Made by a program: the position numbers and the translations under genes. The notes below the pieces were generated by a model. That model had not been told where the DNA came from. It did no database searches and saw nothing but the letters and a program-made list of their open reading frames with translations. Of a DNA stretch of 64,000 nucleotides, positions 29,211 through 40,189 are shown in pieces; position 1 is the first letter of the stretch; every line of letters starts with the position of its first letter. This DNA comes from a virus. Taxonomy: Duplodnaviria; Heunggongvirae; Uroviricota; Caudoviricetes. The stretch is taken from positions 323,655 through 387,654 of IMG/VR virus record IMGVR_UViG_3300031998_000001; one strand, 5' to 3'.

Positions 29211-29864
29211 ATGAAAGACGACAGAGTTAACAAAGTTTCGCACTACAACGCGCTCCCGATAGAGTGCATAGATGTAATCAAGTATTTCGACCTCCCGATA
29301 GGCAATGTAATCAAGTATTGCTGGCGTGCAGGCTTGAAGAAGGAGGAGGGCATAAGCCAGATTGACAAGGAGATAGAGGACTTGAAGAAAGCCCAGTATT
29401 ACCTCAACTGCAAGATTGCTATGCTTGAGGAGCAGAAGGCTCGCGAGGAACTGGGGCACTCCCCAGTGGCATCGACCATAGTTCAGGCGAGAACGCCATA
29501 TACGAATACGATAGACGGCAAGGGCAGGGTTACGGTGCGTATGGCGGATGCGGACGACTACAGGGAGGCGGTGAAGAACCCGTATGCGACGAACACATCC
29601 CGCGCAAGGAACGAGGGGCTTGTGTCCGCATTGATATACGGGGAGGAGATGTTTTCCGATGGAGGCGTTGCCGTGTATGACATCGGCATCATATTCGCCA
29701 AGAGCGTGGATGAGGCGAAGGCTTACTTCGAGAAGCAGTGCGGGAAGTGGGCTGTGTGCTATTCCGACCTGAAGTTCATCGCGATGGACGGAGGCAGGGA
29801 GCATTCGCTCGCATACGAGTACGGCAATGTCGAGTTCAACCCAGACAGCGAATGGAGAGCATAA
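29211..29864 (+). CDS. DUF3310 (T7 gp1.7-like nucleotide kinase) domain protein
   Basis: VN..SHY...IECID...GNVIKY.WRAG.K...EDLKKA.YYL. Confidence 0.8.
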   Translation: MKDDRVNKVSHYNALPIECIDVIKYFDLPIGNVIKYCWRAGLKKEEGISQIDKEIEDLKKAQYYLNCKIAMLEEQKAREELGHSPVASTIVQARTPYTNTIDGKGRVTVRMADADDYREAVKNPYATNTSRARNEGLVSALIYGEEMFSDGGVAVYDIGIIFAKSVDEAKAYFEKQCGKWAVCYSDLKFIAMDGGREHSLAYEYGNVEFNPDSEWRA

Positions 29865-29886
29865 ACCAGTAAAAAATCATATTGAT

Positions 29887-30117
29887 ATGGCGGTATTGAC
29901 GATAGAGTACAACGATTTCAATTCCCATTACCAAGGCTGGGAGGTGCGCGTAATGAACTCACACGGTCAGAAGTGGGACTTCCGCAGGATTGGAATTTCG
30001 GAAGAGGATGTCCGTGCGCTTGTTAAGGGCAAGGGCAAGACGGAGGCGATAAAGGAACTTGTGCGCAGGGGTGCGCTTATGCCGTTCTACGGCGGTGATA
30101 TGCACCTTGACGATTAG
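29887..30117 (+). CDS. hypothetical protein
   Basis: Start re-called at MAVLTIEY. Confidence 0.6.
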   Translation: MAVLTIEYNDFNSHYQGWEVRVMNSHGQKWDFRRIGISEEDVRALVKGKGKTEAIKELVRRGALMPFYGGDMHLDD

Positions 30118-30150
30118 GATGTTTAAATGTTTAATTATAAAAATAACACA

Positions 30151-30453
30151 ATGGAAAATTCAGGAAAGAAAGGTGCGGACGGAAACCGCATAATTGACGA
30201 GAAGTTGCTTCAGTTTTTCAACAACGGCGGTATGATGCGCGACGGGTATGTGATAGTGTTTGACGACCAAGAACTCAACAGGATGCTCGGTAACGGCATA
30301 ATCTTCCCTACGGAGGTTCAGGCGAGGGAGTTTGTTGCCGACCCGGTTGCAACGCCGTTTGCTGTGCGCAAGGTAAAGGTCGGGCTGGGCATACCGAACG
30401 AGGTACTTGACGAAATGCAGGCAAAAGCCCGTGAAGCATCGAAGGAGGAATAG
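30151..30453 (+). CDS. hypothetical protein
   Basis: Operon ORF. Confidence 0.6.
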   Translation: MENSGKKGADGNRIIDEKLLQFFNNGGMMRDGYVIVFDDQELNRMLGNGIIFPTEVQAREFVADPVATPFAVRKVKVGLGIPNEVLDEMQAKAREASKEE

Positions 30454-30455
30454 TT

Positions 30456-30965
30456 ATGCCAGCGGGATATACGCGGAAGGAGTACAAGGACACAATCGAG
30501 AAGAGGATTGAGTGGCTTCGCAAGAACCTGAAGAAAGGTGCGTTCGACACATTTGAACTTTCGATGATAGAGAGGGCACTTCGGGACAATGTTGACTTGG
30601 AGTACGGGTACGCCTCATCGCTTGATGTCGCCGACGGGCGCGAAACTTCACAGCGTTACAAGGAGGTGGAGGCTGACAGGGGCAAGGCTCTTGCGAGGGC
30701 GTTGCAGAGGAACAAGTACAAGGACGAACTCGAATACACTGTCAACTGCGCTTTGAGCCGTTGCATAGACCCGACAAGCCCGATACCCGTGCAGGAGATA
30801 CTCCGCGAGCATTTCGTACACTACCACAACTTCGTGATGAACGAAGCACTGGCGAAGGTCTATGACGCTTTCGGATGCCACGACTGCGCAGGGGCTGGCA
30901 AGTGTCCGACTTGCAGGCACAAGGAGTTGAGGGACAAGATACTTGCGTTCCGAGAGACGCTTTGA
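30456..30965 (+). CDS. hypothetical protein with C-terminal CxxC-x4-CxxC
   Basis: CHDCAGAGKCPTC; terminator at ~30998-31031. Confidence 0.65.
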   Translation: MPAGYTRKEYKDTIEKRIEWLRKNLKKGAFDTFELSMIERALRDNVDLEYGYASSLDVADGRETSQRYKEVEADRGKALARALQRNKYKDELEYTVNCALSRCIDPTSPIPVQEILREHFVHYHNFVMNEALAKVYDAFGCHDCAGAGKCPTCRHKELRDKILAFRETL

Positions 30966-31071
30966 CAGGACTGTTTTCTTATGTTTATGTTTATACCGAC
31001 ACCAGCCGCTGAAACGCTCGGCTGGTGTTTTTGATTTTATAAATAAGTTATATATAATATAACTTTGAATT

Positions 31072-32597
31072 ATGAAAAACAATGGTTCGATAGGCGACAA
31101 CATCAGGAGGAGTGCGAAGGTGTACGACAGCCTTATGGCGAAGGCGAGGTCGGCACGCACGGAGGCGGAGGCTGAAAAGGCTATGCGTCAGGCGGAGATA
31201 TGGAGGCGTTTTACGCTTGAGCCGATGACTATGAATTACGGTTCGGACAGGCAAGGATGGGAGGGGGGGGCGAAACTCCCGACTTCTCTGGCTGTGCAGA
31301 GCCGTTTGCAATGGGAAATATGCTCATATTCCGCAAGCCCGAAGGAATTGAATATGAAGTTTCGGTTAACGGTGGCGAATGGTCAAGGGGCGTGTTCACG
31401 GTAGGCGGGGACGGCTGTACCGCAAGGACACGGACTAAAATCACAGTCGGCTGGGGCAAGGAATATGAACCAGAACTATGGTACGCTTCACAGCCCGACC
31501 ATCAAGACTACTGGGATGAAGCGGGCGTAGAACCTCCAGCACCAGACAATGTTGTTGAATGTGTTTCTCCGACAAAGAGTTTCTCGAAGGACAGGCACTA
31601 TCCGTATTACTCTTGGGCGTACAGGCTGTTCAATACATACCGCAGTTGGCAGCAGTACGAAATGAGTCAGGAAAGGTTTGGTACTTTCAGGGAGTTTATG
31701 GATTTCATTGCTTCGGATTGGACAAAGTTCAAGGAAACAGTCTTTCAATGGCGGGGATACAAGTGGGCTATGCCTATTGTGTTTGCAAGTTGGCAGGAAA
31801 TGCCAGAGAGCGACGAGTACAGGCACGAGGTTGAGGGTTCGACAAGTTGTGGCTTTGTAACGCCAGTGTTTGACGATACCGTAAAGGTCTATATGCCGAG
31901 TGTATTGTCCTGTTTTGAGAATACGCTTGGTCGAGATGGTTTGCAAAAATTGAAAGAAAAATTAGCAGAGGGCATTCATAGTGGCGCGAACGATGTTTTC
32001 GGCTTGCCGACACCTATGCCAGACAACTGGCGCAAGCCAGACGGAAGCCCCTTGCAGCCAGACGAGGAGTTGTTCGTATTCTCCGACTACTACAAGGCTC
32101 TAATCGAGTTTATGGAAACCATACCGAGCGGTCAGCGTTTCCAGATTCTCCGCAAGGTTGCGCACAGCAAGAACTTTATGAAGGATACTGGCTTGGGTTA
32201 TGGCGCATATTACAAGAATGACGCAATCGCGGATGTGCTCGCGGATGTTGACTTTGGTATGTACGGTATATGGCAGGGTCACGAAGCCGATTTGGACTGG
32301 TGCGAAAAGGAAATAGATGACAGTTTTGCATATTGGATGGTGCAATATACGCTTTATGCTATTGTTTGCCTTAATACTGGCGATGATGCTATGGCTTGGC
32401 AAATGCTTGATGAGATTAGAGGAGATATATTTTGCATTTCTCCACATACCCCAACACAGGAGTTGTTGGCGGAACTCTGTACCAGATACGGAATTATACC
32501 AGAATGCCGTATTGACTTGCTCCTTTATGGGTATGGGCATTTGCTCAAGTCGTGTATCAGGGAATATTTCAATCCTGTGTTGCCCGAATGGAATTAG
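31072..32597 (+). CDS. hypothetical protein, probably one gene frameshifted at a G8 tract (31263-31270)
   Basis: ORF 31072 (after TATAAATA) joins ORF 31257-32597 if one G is added. Confidence 0.55.
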
Positions 32598-32714
32598 TGC
32601 TTTCTCGCATATACAACAAAAGCCGTGTGAAATCCGCACGGCTTTGTTTATTTCTTTCAAATAGCCTACTTGGTCTCGATTCCGTATGAGAGTTTGTGTG
32701 TTTCCCCCGTATAG

Positions 32715-34220
32715 TCAGTCCATTGGATTATAAGTGTCCCCCTGCGGATGTCGAAGAATATCGACTGCGTGTGGTATGCGGGGTAGTAATTGCCGTTCTC
32801 GTCGCTGGCATATATTGTCACCGAACCCAAGTGCGCCTCGATTACGAGCAGTCGTTTGATTTTTTTTCATTGCCTCCCAGTATGCGTCGTTCCACGACTT
32901 GCCGTCCCACGTGACACCCCATCTCTCCGTTCCGTCGTCCGTGGTTATGTTTATGTCTGTGAGCGCGGTTTCGGTTATGTCCGTAGAGCCTTTGGTATTG
33001 AACATAAGGGTTATGTGGGCGGTGCGGGAACTTCCGACTGGCGACCAGCCGTCCTTCCCCTTTATATGGAGTTTCCCCTCTGCGTATGCGAGCGTGCCTT
33101 CGGTGTCCGAAGCACCCTTGCTACCGAGAGCGTTTATGGCGTTCCCGTCAAGGCTTATGCTTGTCGTGAACCTGAATCCTGCGGTGTGCTTGGCGTACCT
33201 TCCGCAGAAAGCACCGAAGCCCCCAGTCTTGTCGAGCATCGCCCTTACCGACTTGTAGTTGATTGAGCAGTATTCGGTTTTGTAGTACGGCACTTTAAGT
33301 TTTCCGTCCTCGTAATCTCCGATTTTTTCTTTATAGTCCGTTGATACGCCAGCACCAAGTATTGCCCCGTGCAGTGCTTTGAGCAGTGCCTTTTCGTCAT
33401 ACCCGCTCTTTTCCGTCCCGTAGGAGTATATGTGGTCTATGAAGTTCGAGTATGGCGTTGTATCGTTGAACATCATATAGAACGGAAGCAGTGCGGTGTA
33501 TTCATCGTCTATGATTTCTCCGTCCTTCACCACTGGGAGCGGGAGTTTGGATATGACATAGCAAGCCTTGAAACTATCCCTGTAGTCACAGACGGGAGAA
33601 TGTGCGAAGTTGTCATCCTCGTTCGGGTCGAACAGCGCGTCGCACAGCGTTGCTTCAGACGCGCCTCCGAAATTGAAGTCCCCGATGAGCATCTTTGTCA
33701 ACTCCCCTATGAACTGCGGGGTGAAAGACTCGGAGTTCTCGATGAGGAACTTCAGTATCTCCGCCACCGTATATACCTCATCGTTCAGGCATTTGTCTGG
33801 AAGCGTCTGGTCTTGGTTGAACACGGAGTTGATGACCTCCGTGAACTCCTGCGGGGAATCTTCGCCAGCCATCCCGCCCATCTCCATATCGAGGTAGTGC
33901 CTGAACATAAGGTACGCTATGCGGTGGAACATAACTTCCTTGAAGTGCTCGCACCAGTATATGCGCACCATATCAGAAGGCGGGTTGCCTATTTTGTCCC
34001 CCCAGTAGTCCGTTCCCGCTATGCCCTTTTCCATTGCGCGGGTAACACCGTCAATCGACACCCTGTAGTCCGCAGGGTATCTGAACACATCCGCATTGCC
34101 CATCCAGTCGTATCCGACAAGTTTCTGTGCCGTTTTGAGATATTCGTCCGCTTCGGCAAACGCCTTCCATACATCCTCATACCTCTCCGATATGAATGGA
34201 TATTTCGTGTAACCGCTCAT
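32715..34220 (-). CDS. hypothetical protein (~500 aa)
   Basis: Long ORF; the C-terminus may be shifted at an A8 run (32860-32867). Confidence 0.7.
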   Translation of the reverse strand: MSGYTKYPFISERYEDVWKAFAEADEYLKTAQKLVGYDWMGNADVFRYPADYRVSIDGVTRAMEKGIAGTDYWGDKIGNPPSDMVRIYWCEHFKEVMFHRIAYLMFRHYLDMEMGGMAGEDSPQEFTEVINSVFNQDQTLPDKCLNDEVYTVAEILKFLIENSESFTPQFIGELTKMLIGDFNFGGASEATLCDALFDPNEDDNFAHSPVCDYRDSFKACYVISKLPLPVVKDGEIIDDEYTALLPFYMMFNDTTPYSNFIDHIYSYGTEKSGYDEKALLKALHGAILGAGVSTDYKEKIGDYEDGKLKVPYYKTEYCSINYKSVRAMLDKTGGFGAFCGRYAKHTAGFRFTTSISLDGNAINALGSKGASDTEGTLAYAEGKLHIKGKDGWSPVGSSRTAHITLMFNTKGSTDITETALTDINITTDDGTERWGVTWDGKSWNDAYWEAMKKNQTTARNRGALGFGDNICQRRERQLLPRIPHAVDILRHPQGDTYNPMD

Positions 34221-34367
34221 TGTCCTGTACTTATATTATGCTATATATAGCCTATCTATTATCTTATTTATACGGTCGGGCAAATCGGATGTTTTTCCTT
34301 TGTGATATAAATAACATACACTAAATTTGCAAACCCTAATTGTCTAACAAAAAAATAATAATCATAT

Positions 34368-37061
34368 ATGGACGACAACACTTATTTCAGGAGCAAAATC
34401 GCCTACGATGTATGGGCGAAGAAGTACAAGGCTGACAGCGACAATACACCAGCGGACACATTGAAGAGATGCAACGGGGAGTTCAGGAAGGCGGAGAACC
34501 AGTGGGTTGAAAGGATAAACCGACTCATTCGCAAGCGTTCCGTGCGCTCCAAGTTAAGCCCGACATTCGGGCGCGTTATGCTTCGGGACGGACGGTACGG
34601 GACGGAATGGATGGACGGTATGTTCTCCGACTTCTCCCACCTTATGCTCGGAGGCTCTCTCGTGTCTGGTCTTGGGACGAAGCACCTCGCATCGTTGAGC
34701 AACTGCTTCGTGATAGGCTCGCCAGCCGACAACCTTTCTGGCATAAACTCGTCCGTCAACGAGATGGAGAATGTGTTTTCGCACAGGGGCGGTGTCGGGC
34801 TTGACCTGTCAACGCTCCGTCCGCAGGGTGCGCCCATCCATAACGCCGCCCGCATAAGCGAGGGTGTGGTGAGCGTGATGAAGCACAAGTACGGGGAGAG
34901 CGCGAAGTACATCGCCCAGAACGGAAGGCGCGGTGCGCTTATGCTTATGCTCGATGTTATGCACCCAGACGCGCTTGAATTTATAAAGTGCAAGAGGGAC
35001 AATGTGAGCGTGACCACAGCAAACATAAGCGTAAAACTCAACGGGGAGTTTATGCAACTCGTTACGAGGGGCAGGGAGGAAGGCGCAGGCGACGCTATGC
35101 TCGTCCAGCGTTTCCCGATTGATGCCGAACTCGGAGAGGGCGACATCGAACTGATAATGAAGCGTCTCGAAAGCGGTGAGTATGAGGCGGAGAAACTTTA
35201 CGACTACAACGGCATATATATCAAGTGTGTGTCGGCTATGAAGATTTGGGACGAACTTGTGACTGGTGCAAGGGACTGGGCTGAACCGGGTTGCCTGTTC
35301 TGGGACAATGTGGTTTCGAGAGACCCCGCTTCGAGGTGGGACGACCTCCGTCCGATTGCAACGAACCCTTGCGGGGAGCAGCCCTTGACGGCAGGGGACA
35401 CTTGCCGACTTATGCACTATAACCTGAACACTTTCGTAAAGGAGCGTTTCTCTGCGGGCGCATACATAGACTATGACGAAATGTTCGACACATTCTACAA
35501 GGTTATGTGGCTCGGTGACGATGTGATTGAACTCGAAGTCGAGGCTATCGGGCGTATCATATCCAAACTTGAGGGCGAGGGTGACGGCGGTTCGCCGATG
35601 GCGGATTTCTGGCGCAATGTTCAGGATGTAGCCCGTTTCGGAAGGCGTGTCGGAATAGGCATATCTGGTCTTGGCGATATGTACGCCTCGCTCGGTGTCC
35701 CGTACGGAGAACCCGAAGTTACGAAGAAGGTATTTTCGACTATGCTCGAAGCACTGCTGACCGCAAGCACAGACCTTGCCGTGCTGAAGGGCGAAGCACC
35801 CTGCTTCTATGACGACGACATAAAGCCGTTGTTCGGCTTCGGCTTCAGGAACTTCGTCCGCTCCCTCGTCGAGCGTTGCGTAAGGTTCAACACGGCTGAC
35901 GATATGAAGCCCCGTGACGAGTGGGAGGAATTTGTTTCGGGAGAGTTTCCTGAACTCTGGAAGCGTATGCGTGCGGTCGGAAGGCGCAATGTGAGCGTGA
36001 ACACCGTAGCACCGACAGGCACGGTTTCCCTGCTCGCTGGCATAACAAGCGGTATCGAGCCTCTGTTTATGGGCTGGTATCGCAGGAAGGTCAAACTTGA
36101 CGACAACGCTACGGAGTACGACGAGATAGACCAGACGGGCAACAAGTTCAAATACTACAACATTCTGCACGAGGGCTTCGAGGACTGGATTGCATACGCG
36201 CATCCAGACATAGACAGGGAGAAACTCACCGATGAGGAACTCGACACATTGTTTATGGCAAGCCCGTACTACTTGCAGTCCGCCCACGACATAAGTTGGG
36301 AGCGCAGGGTTCTCACGCAGGCTATCATCCAGAAGTACATAACGAGCAGTATTTCCTCTACGGTCAACCTTCCTAACGATACGACGGCGGAAGTTGTGGA
36401 CGACCTTTTCAGGACGGCGTACAAGTCTGGTTGCAAGGGCATAACGGTATATCGTGACGGAAGCCGCGAGGGTGTGCTCGTGAAGAAGGAAACCCAGAAG
36501 GCTGACACCGACGCATTGAAGGATGTCAATGCGGTCAGGAGGGAGAAGTCCCTGCAATGCGATGTGTTCCACTTCTACAACGGAAAGGAGAAGTGGGTTG
36601 CTTTCGTAGGCATACAGAACGACAGACCGTATGAGATATTCACGGGGCTTGAGGAGAAACTCCCGACGCTTCCGCCGAAAGTCACCGCTGGCAACATCGT
36701 CCGCTACAAGAGGGACGGTGCAAGTTGCTACGACTTCGAGTATTACACGGAGGACGGCGGGAAGCAGGTTGTCGAGAGCATAAACAAGACATTCAACCCA
36801 GAGTTCTGGAACTACGGCAAACTTCTTTCGGCAATGCTCCGCCACCGTATGCCTCTCGTCTATATAGTCAAGACGCTCGGTGATATGCGCTTCGAGAACG
36901 ACAGCATCAACTCTTGGCGCACTGGTGTCGTCCGTGCATTGAAGAAGTGGATAAAGGACGGCACTAAACTTGGGGAGAAATGCCCAGAGTGCGGTGAGAC
37001 GCTTGTTATGGAGAACGGTTGCAGGAGATGTCCTTCGTGTGGCTGGAGTGCCTGCGGATAA
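34368..37061 (+). CDS. nrdJ: class II (adenosylcobalamin-dependent) ribonucleotide reductase
   Basis: SLSNC, GGVG, RRGALM, TNPCGEQ, APTGT, SISSTVN, KGITVYRDGSR and C-terminal CPEC...GC..C.SCGWSAC. Confidence 0.93.
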   Translation: MDDNTYFRSKIAYDVWAKKYKADSDNTPADTLKRCNGEFRKAENQWVERINRLIRKRSVRSKLSPTFGRVMLRDGRYGTEWMDGMFSDFSHLMLGGSLVSGLGTKHLASLSNCFVIGSPADNLSGINSSVNEMENVFSHRGGVGLDLSTLRPQGAPIHNAARISEGVVSVMKHKYGESAKYIAQNGRRGALMLMLDVMHPDALEFIKCKRDNVSVTTANISVKLNGEFMQLVTRGREEGAGDAMLVQRFPIDAELGEGDIELIMKRLESGEYEAEKLYDYNGIYIKCVSAMKIWDELVTGARDWAEPGCLFWDNVVSRDPASRWDDLRPIATNPCGEQPLTAGDTCRLMHYNLNTFVKERFSAGAYIDYDEMFDTFYKVMWLGDDVIELEVEAIGRIISKLEGEGDGGSPMADFWRNVQDVARFGRRVGIGISGLGDMYASLGVPYGEPEVTKKVFSTMLEALLTASTDLAVLKGEAPCFYDDDIKPLFGFGFRNFVRSLVERCVRFNTADDMKPRDEWEEFVSGEFPELWKRMRAVGRRNVSVNTVAPTGTVSLLAGITSGIEPLFMGWYRRKVKLDDNATEYDEIDQTGNKFKYYNILHEGFEDWIAYAHPDIDREKLTDEELDTLFMASPYYLQSAHDISWERRVLTQAIIQKYITSSISSTVNLPNDTTAEVVDDLFRTAYKSGCKGITVYRDGSREGVLVKKETQKADTDALKDVNAVRREKSLQCDVFHFYNGKEKWVAFVGIQNDRPYEIFTGLEEKLPTLPPKVTAGNIVRYKRDGASCYDFEYYTEDGGKQVVESINKTFNPEFWNYGKLLSAMLRHRMPLVYIVKTLGDMRFENDSINSWRTGVVRALKKWIKDGTKLGEKCPECGETLVMENGCRRCPSCGWSACG

Positions 37062-37109
37062 TATTGAAATGCCAATTTATAAATAATATATAATAGAAGT
37101 TCGTATATA

Positions 37110-39056
37110 ATGGACAATAATATTATCAGGCTAATAGAAGCATATCTCAAAGGTGGCAACGACATCGAGTGGGTGAGGGCTGTACTTTATCGGCTCGGTA
37201 TGATACCAGAGGAGATTGAGGCTGGCATAGACTACTACAAGAAGAACTTTATGCACGCTTCGGAGGAGGACATACAGAAGAAGACCAGCCCAGATTTCGC
37301 GCAGGCGGGGTTGTGTGCGGTCAAGGATAAGAAGAATAATATATCAGAGCATAGGAATATGAAGAATAATTTTAGTTTACTTGGACTTTGGAACCGTTGC
37401 AACACGGCTCGCACAAAGTTGAACGAAATGGTCGCTGAAAACGGCAAACTCGGCTATACCGCCCTCATTGCACGCGACCTTCTCGAAAACGCAATGTGCA
37501 ATTTCCCGTCGGAGACACACACTATGTCGGCTCGCGCAATCGCAGGCTTTGAGGTCGATGAGAGCAGTGTCAACCCTTCGGCAAAGTACCGCATCGCAAA
37601 TATAATAATGGAAAGGCTTTCCGACCAGTGGCTCGACTGCTGCAAGGAACTCTGCGGATATATCTCCGAAAGTATGAAGAACGACAAGTGGGGCTATGTC
37701 GCCTCGCAGGTTATGGGGGTATGCGAGAGCCGTATGGACAGGGAAAAGATGTATGTAGGTCTTTACGAGCGTCTTGAAAAGGCTCTGAAGTCTGGCAACA
37801 TCGAAAGGGAACTCCGTCAGGCGGCGTTTGAAAACGAGTTCTGGTCAGACGAGTGCAGGCAGGTTCTTGCCCTCTACGAGTCGGAAAAGGCTGGAAAGAA
37901 GGACAATATCAACGAGCAGGCTAACTCGAACAATATGTGGTCGGAAATCCGTATGTTCACACCAGTTCTCGTGAACGAGAAGAACGAGCAGATTTTCAAT
38001 CTCTTCGGAAAGAACTATATGGTAAGCAACGGTCGCCTTATGGAGTGCAAGGTAAGCGACGAACGCTACAACGATTGTGTTAACGGTCTTATGCTTATGC
38101 ACTACAACTACCAGAACGAGAGCCTCGACTACTACGGTGCTAACGGAAAGATTCTGGAATGGAGTTGCAAGAACGACACAATTACCTGCGGTGACGCTAA
38201 CTACACAGACCTCGGAAGCATCGCGTTGCAGGAGAAACTCGGCGCAAGCGGACTTTTCGACAGGCGCAACATCAACGACCTCAACACTCTCGTAAAGATG
38301 TTCGAGAACAAGGAGATGGTCTATGCGCTCGACAATGTTCACTCGTTCCGCAACGATATGCTCGCGGGGGTATATCTGACAGTCCTTGCTGTTGACGAGA
38401 GCAAGCGCATCTATGTAAATCAGGTGGATATGGGCAAGGGCATCAACGAGACCTGCTGCTTCGGCTCTGCTACGGAGGCTGTGAAGTCGTTGAAGGAAAG
38501 TATGCGCTATGACGCAAGCAAGATACTCAACGACTGGCTTATCCGCGAGGGTGACGAGAACGCCAAGTATGCGCAGAGGAGGGAGGAACTCACCGAGCGT
38601 ATCAACTACCTCAAGGGCAAACGCTCGCAACTTGTCGAGAAGATGTCCGAACTCCCAGAGAACATTGACAACTCTCCTATTCAGGAGGCAATCGAACTTG
38701 TGGAGTGCGAACTCAAGAAGAACGAGTGCGAACTTGCAAAATGCACCTGCGCGGGCGGAACTTGCGTATGCAACACCCAGCCAGAGTGTATGTGCAAGCC
38801 TGATGACTGCGCGGTTGTAAAACTCGCTTCGACTGGCGAGGATATGTGGGTGAACGCTGCCGAGTATGCGCAGGCTGATGCCGATGCGATGCTTACGGTA
38901 ATCAACCCGACCAATCAGGTTGCAAGCGTAGTGAAGAAGAGCGACCTCGTATGGACTGTCGATACCCAGACACCGCAGGAAGTTGCAAAAGTTCCTACTG
39001 TTGCTACATCACCAGCGACAGTAACCGCTGTAATCAACGACAGTTGTTGCAAGTAA
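37110..39056 (+). CDS. hypothetical late protein (possible prohead core component), Cys-rich C-terminus
   Basis: TATAAATA upstream; internal LNE/INE/VNE sites; coiled coil. Confidence 0.6.
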   Translation: MDNNIIRLIEAYLKGGNDIEWVRAVLYRLGMIPEEIEAGIDYYKKNFMHASEEDIQKKTSPDFAQAGLCAVKDKKNNISEHRNMKNNFSLLGLWNRCNTARTKLNEMVAENGKLGYTALIARDLLENAMCNFPSETHTMSARAIAGFEVDESSVNPSAKYRIANIIMERLSDQWLDCCKELCGYISESMKNDKWGYVASQVMGVCESRMDREKMYVGLYERLEKALKSGNIERELRQAAFENEFWSDECRQVLALYESEKAGKKDNINEQANSNNMWSEIRMFTPVLVNEKNEQIFNLFGKNYMVSNGRLMECKVSDERYNDCVNGLMLMHYNYQNESLDYYGANGKILEWSCKNDTITCGDANYTDLGSIALQEKLGASGLFDRRNINDLNTLVKMFENKEMVYALDNVHSFRNDMLAGVYLTVLAVDESKRIYVNQVDMGKGINETCCFGSATEAVKSLKESMRYDASKILNDWLIREGDENAKYAQRREELTERINYLKGKRSQLVEKMSELPENIDNSPIQEAIELVECELKKNECELAKCTCAGGTCVCNTQPECMCKPDDCAVVKLASTGEDMWVNAAEYAQADADAMLTVINPTNQVASVVKKSDLVWTVDTQTPQEVAKVPTVATSPATVTAVINDSCCK

Positions 39057-39167
39057 TGTAATTGACACAATTTGAGATTTTTCATATTACAATCGTTATT
39101 ATCGGTGCGACCTTCTCGGTCGCACTTTTTTCATTTTATAAATAATGTATATATAACATTTTTGAAT

Positions 39168-40115
39168 ATGATACACATTTACAAAACGGACGAGTTCGTG
39201 GCGTTGCTTGAAAAGGCGAACAGCAAGGGTGCTGTCTATAAGAGTTCATCTGTTGACGACATCATAAGGAAGTACACCGAGAAGGGCAGGATTAACGAGG
39301 AAACCATAACCAAACTCATCGACATATTGAGGGATGTCCCGTATTCGCAGGACTACATTGAACTTGTGAATGGACTGCTCGAAGACAAGAGGGTGAGAAA
39401 GTTGTTCCAGCACAAACTTGAAAACGGAAAGTCAATAATCGACGCAATAGAGAATGTTGACATCGTTACCGACAAGGTGATACCCACCCAGAACGAAATC
39501 GACATATCGAAGAGCCTTGACTTCGGACTTACCAACAAGTTCGACACAATCAACAATGTGTGCAGGCGGGGGATATTGAAGGACACCCCGATAGTCGTGT
39601 TCAACGGCAAGTACATAATTGACGGACACCACAGGTGGTCGCAGATGTACTGCTTCAACCGCAAGCAGGACGAGCACGAGACGACATTCAAGGCTATAAA
39701 CCTCGTGAGCAAGGCGGTCACCAACCCGATGGACATCCTCAAGATGGTTCAGACCACGATAGGCATCGACCTTGCGCCAGACAAGGAGATACCAGTGGAA
39801 ACCACCGACAAGAACGCAATGAACATTTTGAGCAACCGCTGTACGAGGGAGTTTATGGAGAAGTATTGCGACAAGAAGATAACCGACGGCTGTGTCAACG
39901 GAATGAAGAAGTACCACGAGGCTGACGGCGTGGTTGACAGGGAAAGCACAATCGACTACATTGTGCGCAACTGCGAGAGGATGAAGCAGGAGTGCAAGCC
40001 GATAAAGGGTGCGCCCTCGCGCGACATTATGCCGCAGACCGACCAAGACGACAAGATACTGCCGAGCCGTAAGAACGACGAGCCTACAATCGAGACGGCA
40101 ATAGACCTTTCGTAG
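39168..40115 (+). CDS. ParB/Srx-like N-terminal domain protein with leader MIHIYKTDEF
   Basis: IPTQNEID...PIVV...YIIDGHHRW; TATAAATA 39137-39144. Confidence 0.75.
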   Translation: MIHIYKTDEFVALLEKANSKGAVYKSSSVDDIIRKYTEKGRINEETITKLIDILRDVPYSQDYIELVNGLLEDKRVRKLFQHKLENGKSIIDAIENVDIVTDKVIPTQNEIDISKSLDFGLTNKFDTINNVCRRGILKDTPIVVFNGKYIIDGHHRWSQMYCFNRKQDEHETTFKAINLVSKAVTNPMDILKMVQTTIGIDLAPDKEIPVETTDKNAMNILSNRCTREFMEKYCDKKITDGCVNGMKKYHEADGVVDRESTIDYIVRNCERMKQECKPIKGAPSRDIMPQTDQDDKILPSRKNDEPTIETAIDLS

Positions 40116-40189
40116 TCTTGTTCGGAGCAGGACAAATAAAAAGCGGGGCGAATGTCCCGCTTTCTTTTTTTTTTTCACACGGATGTTTA

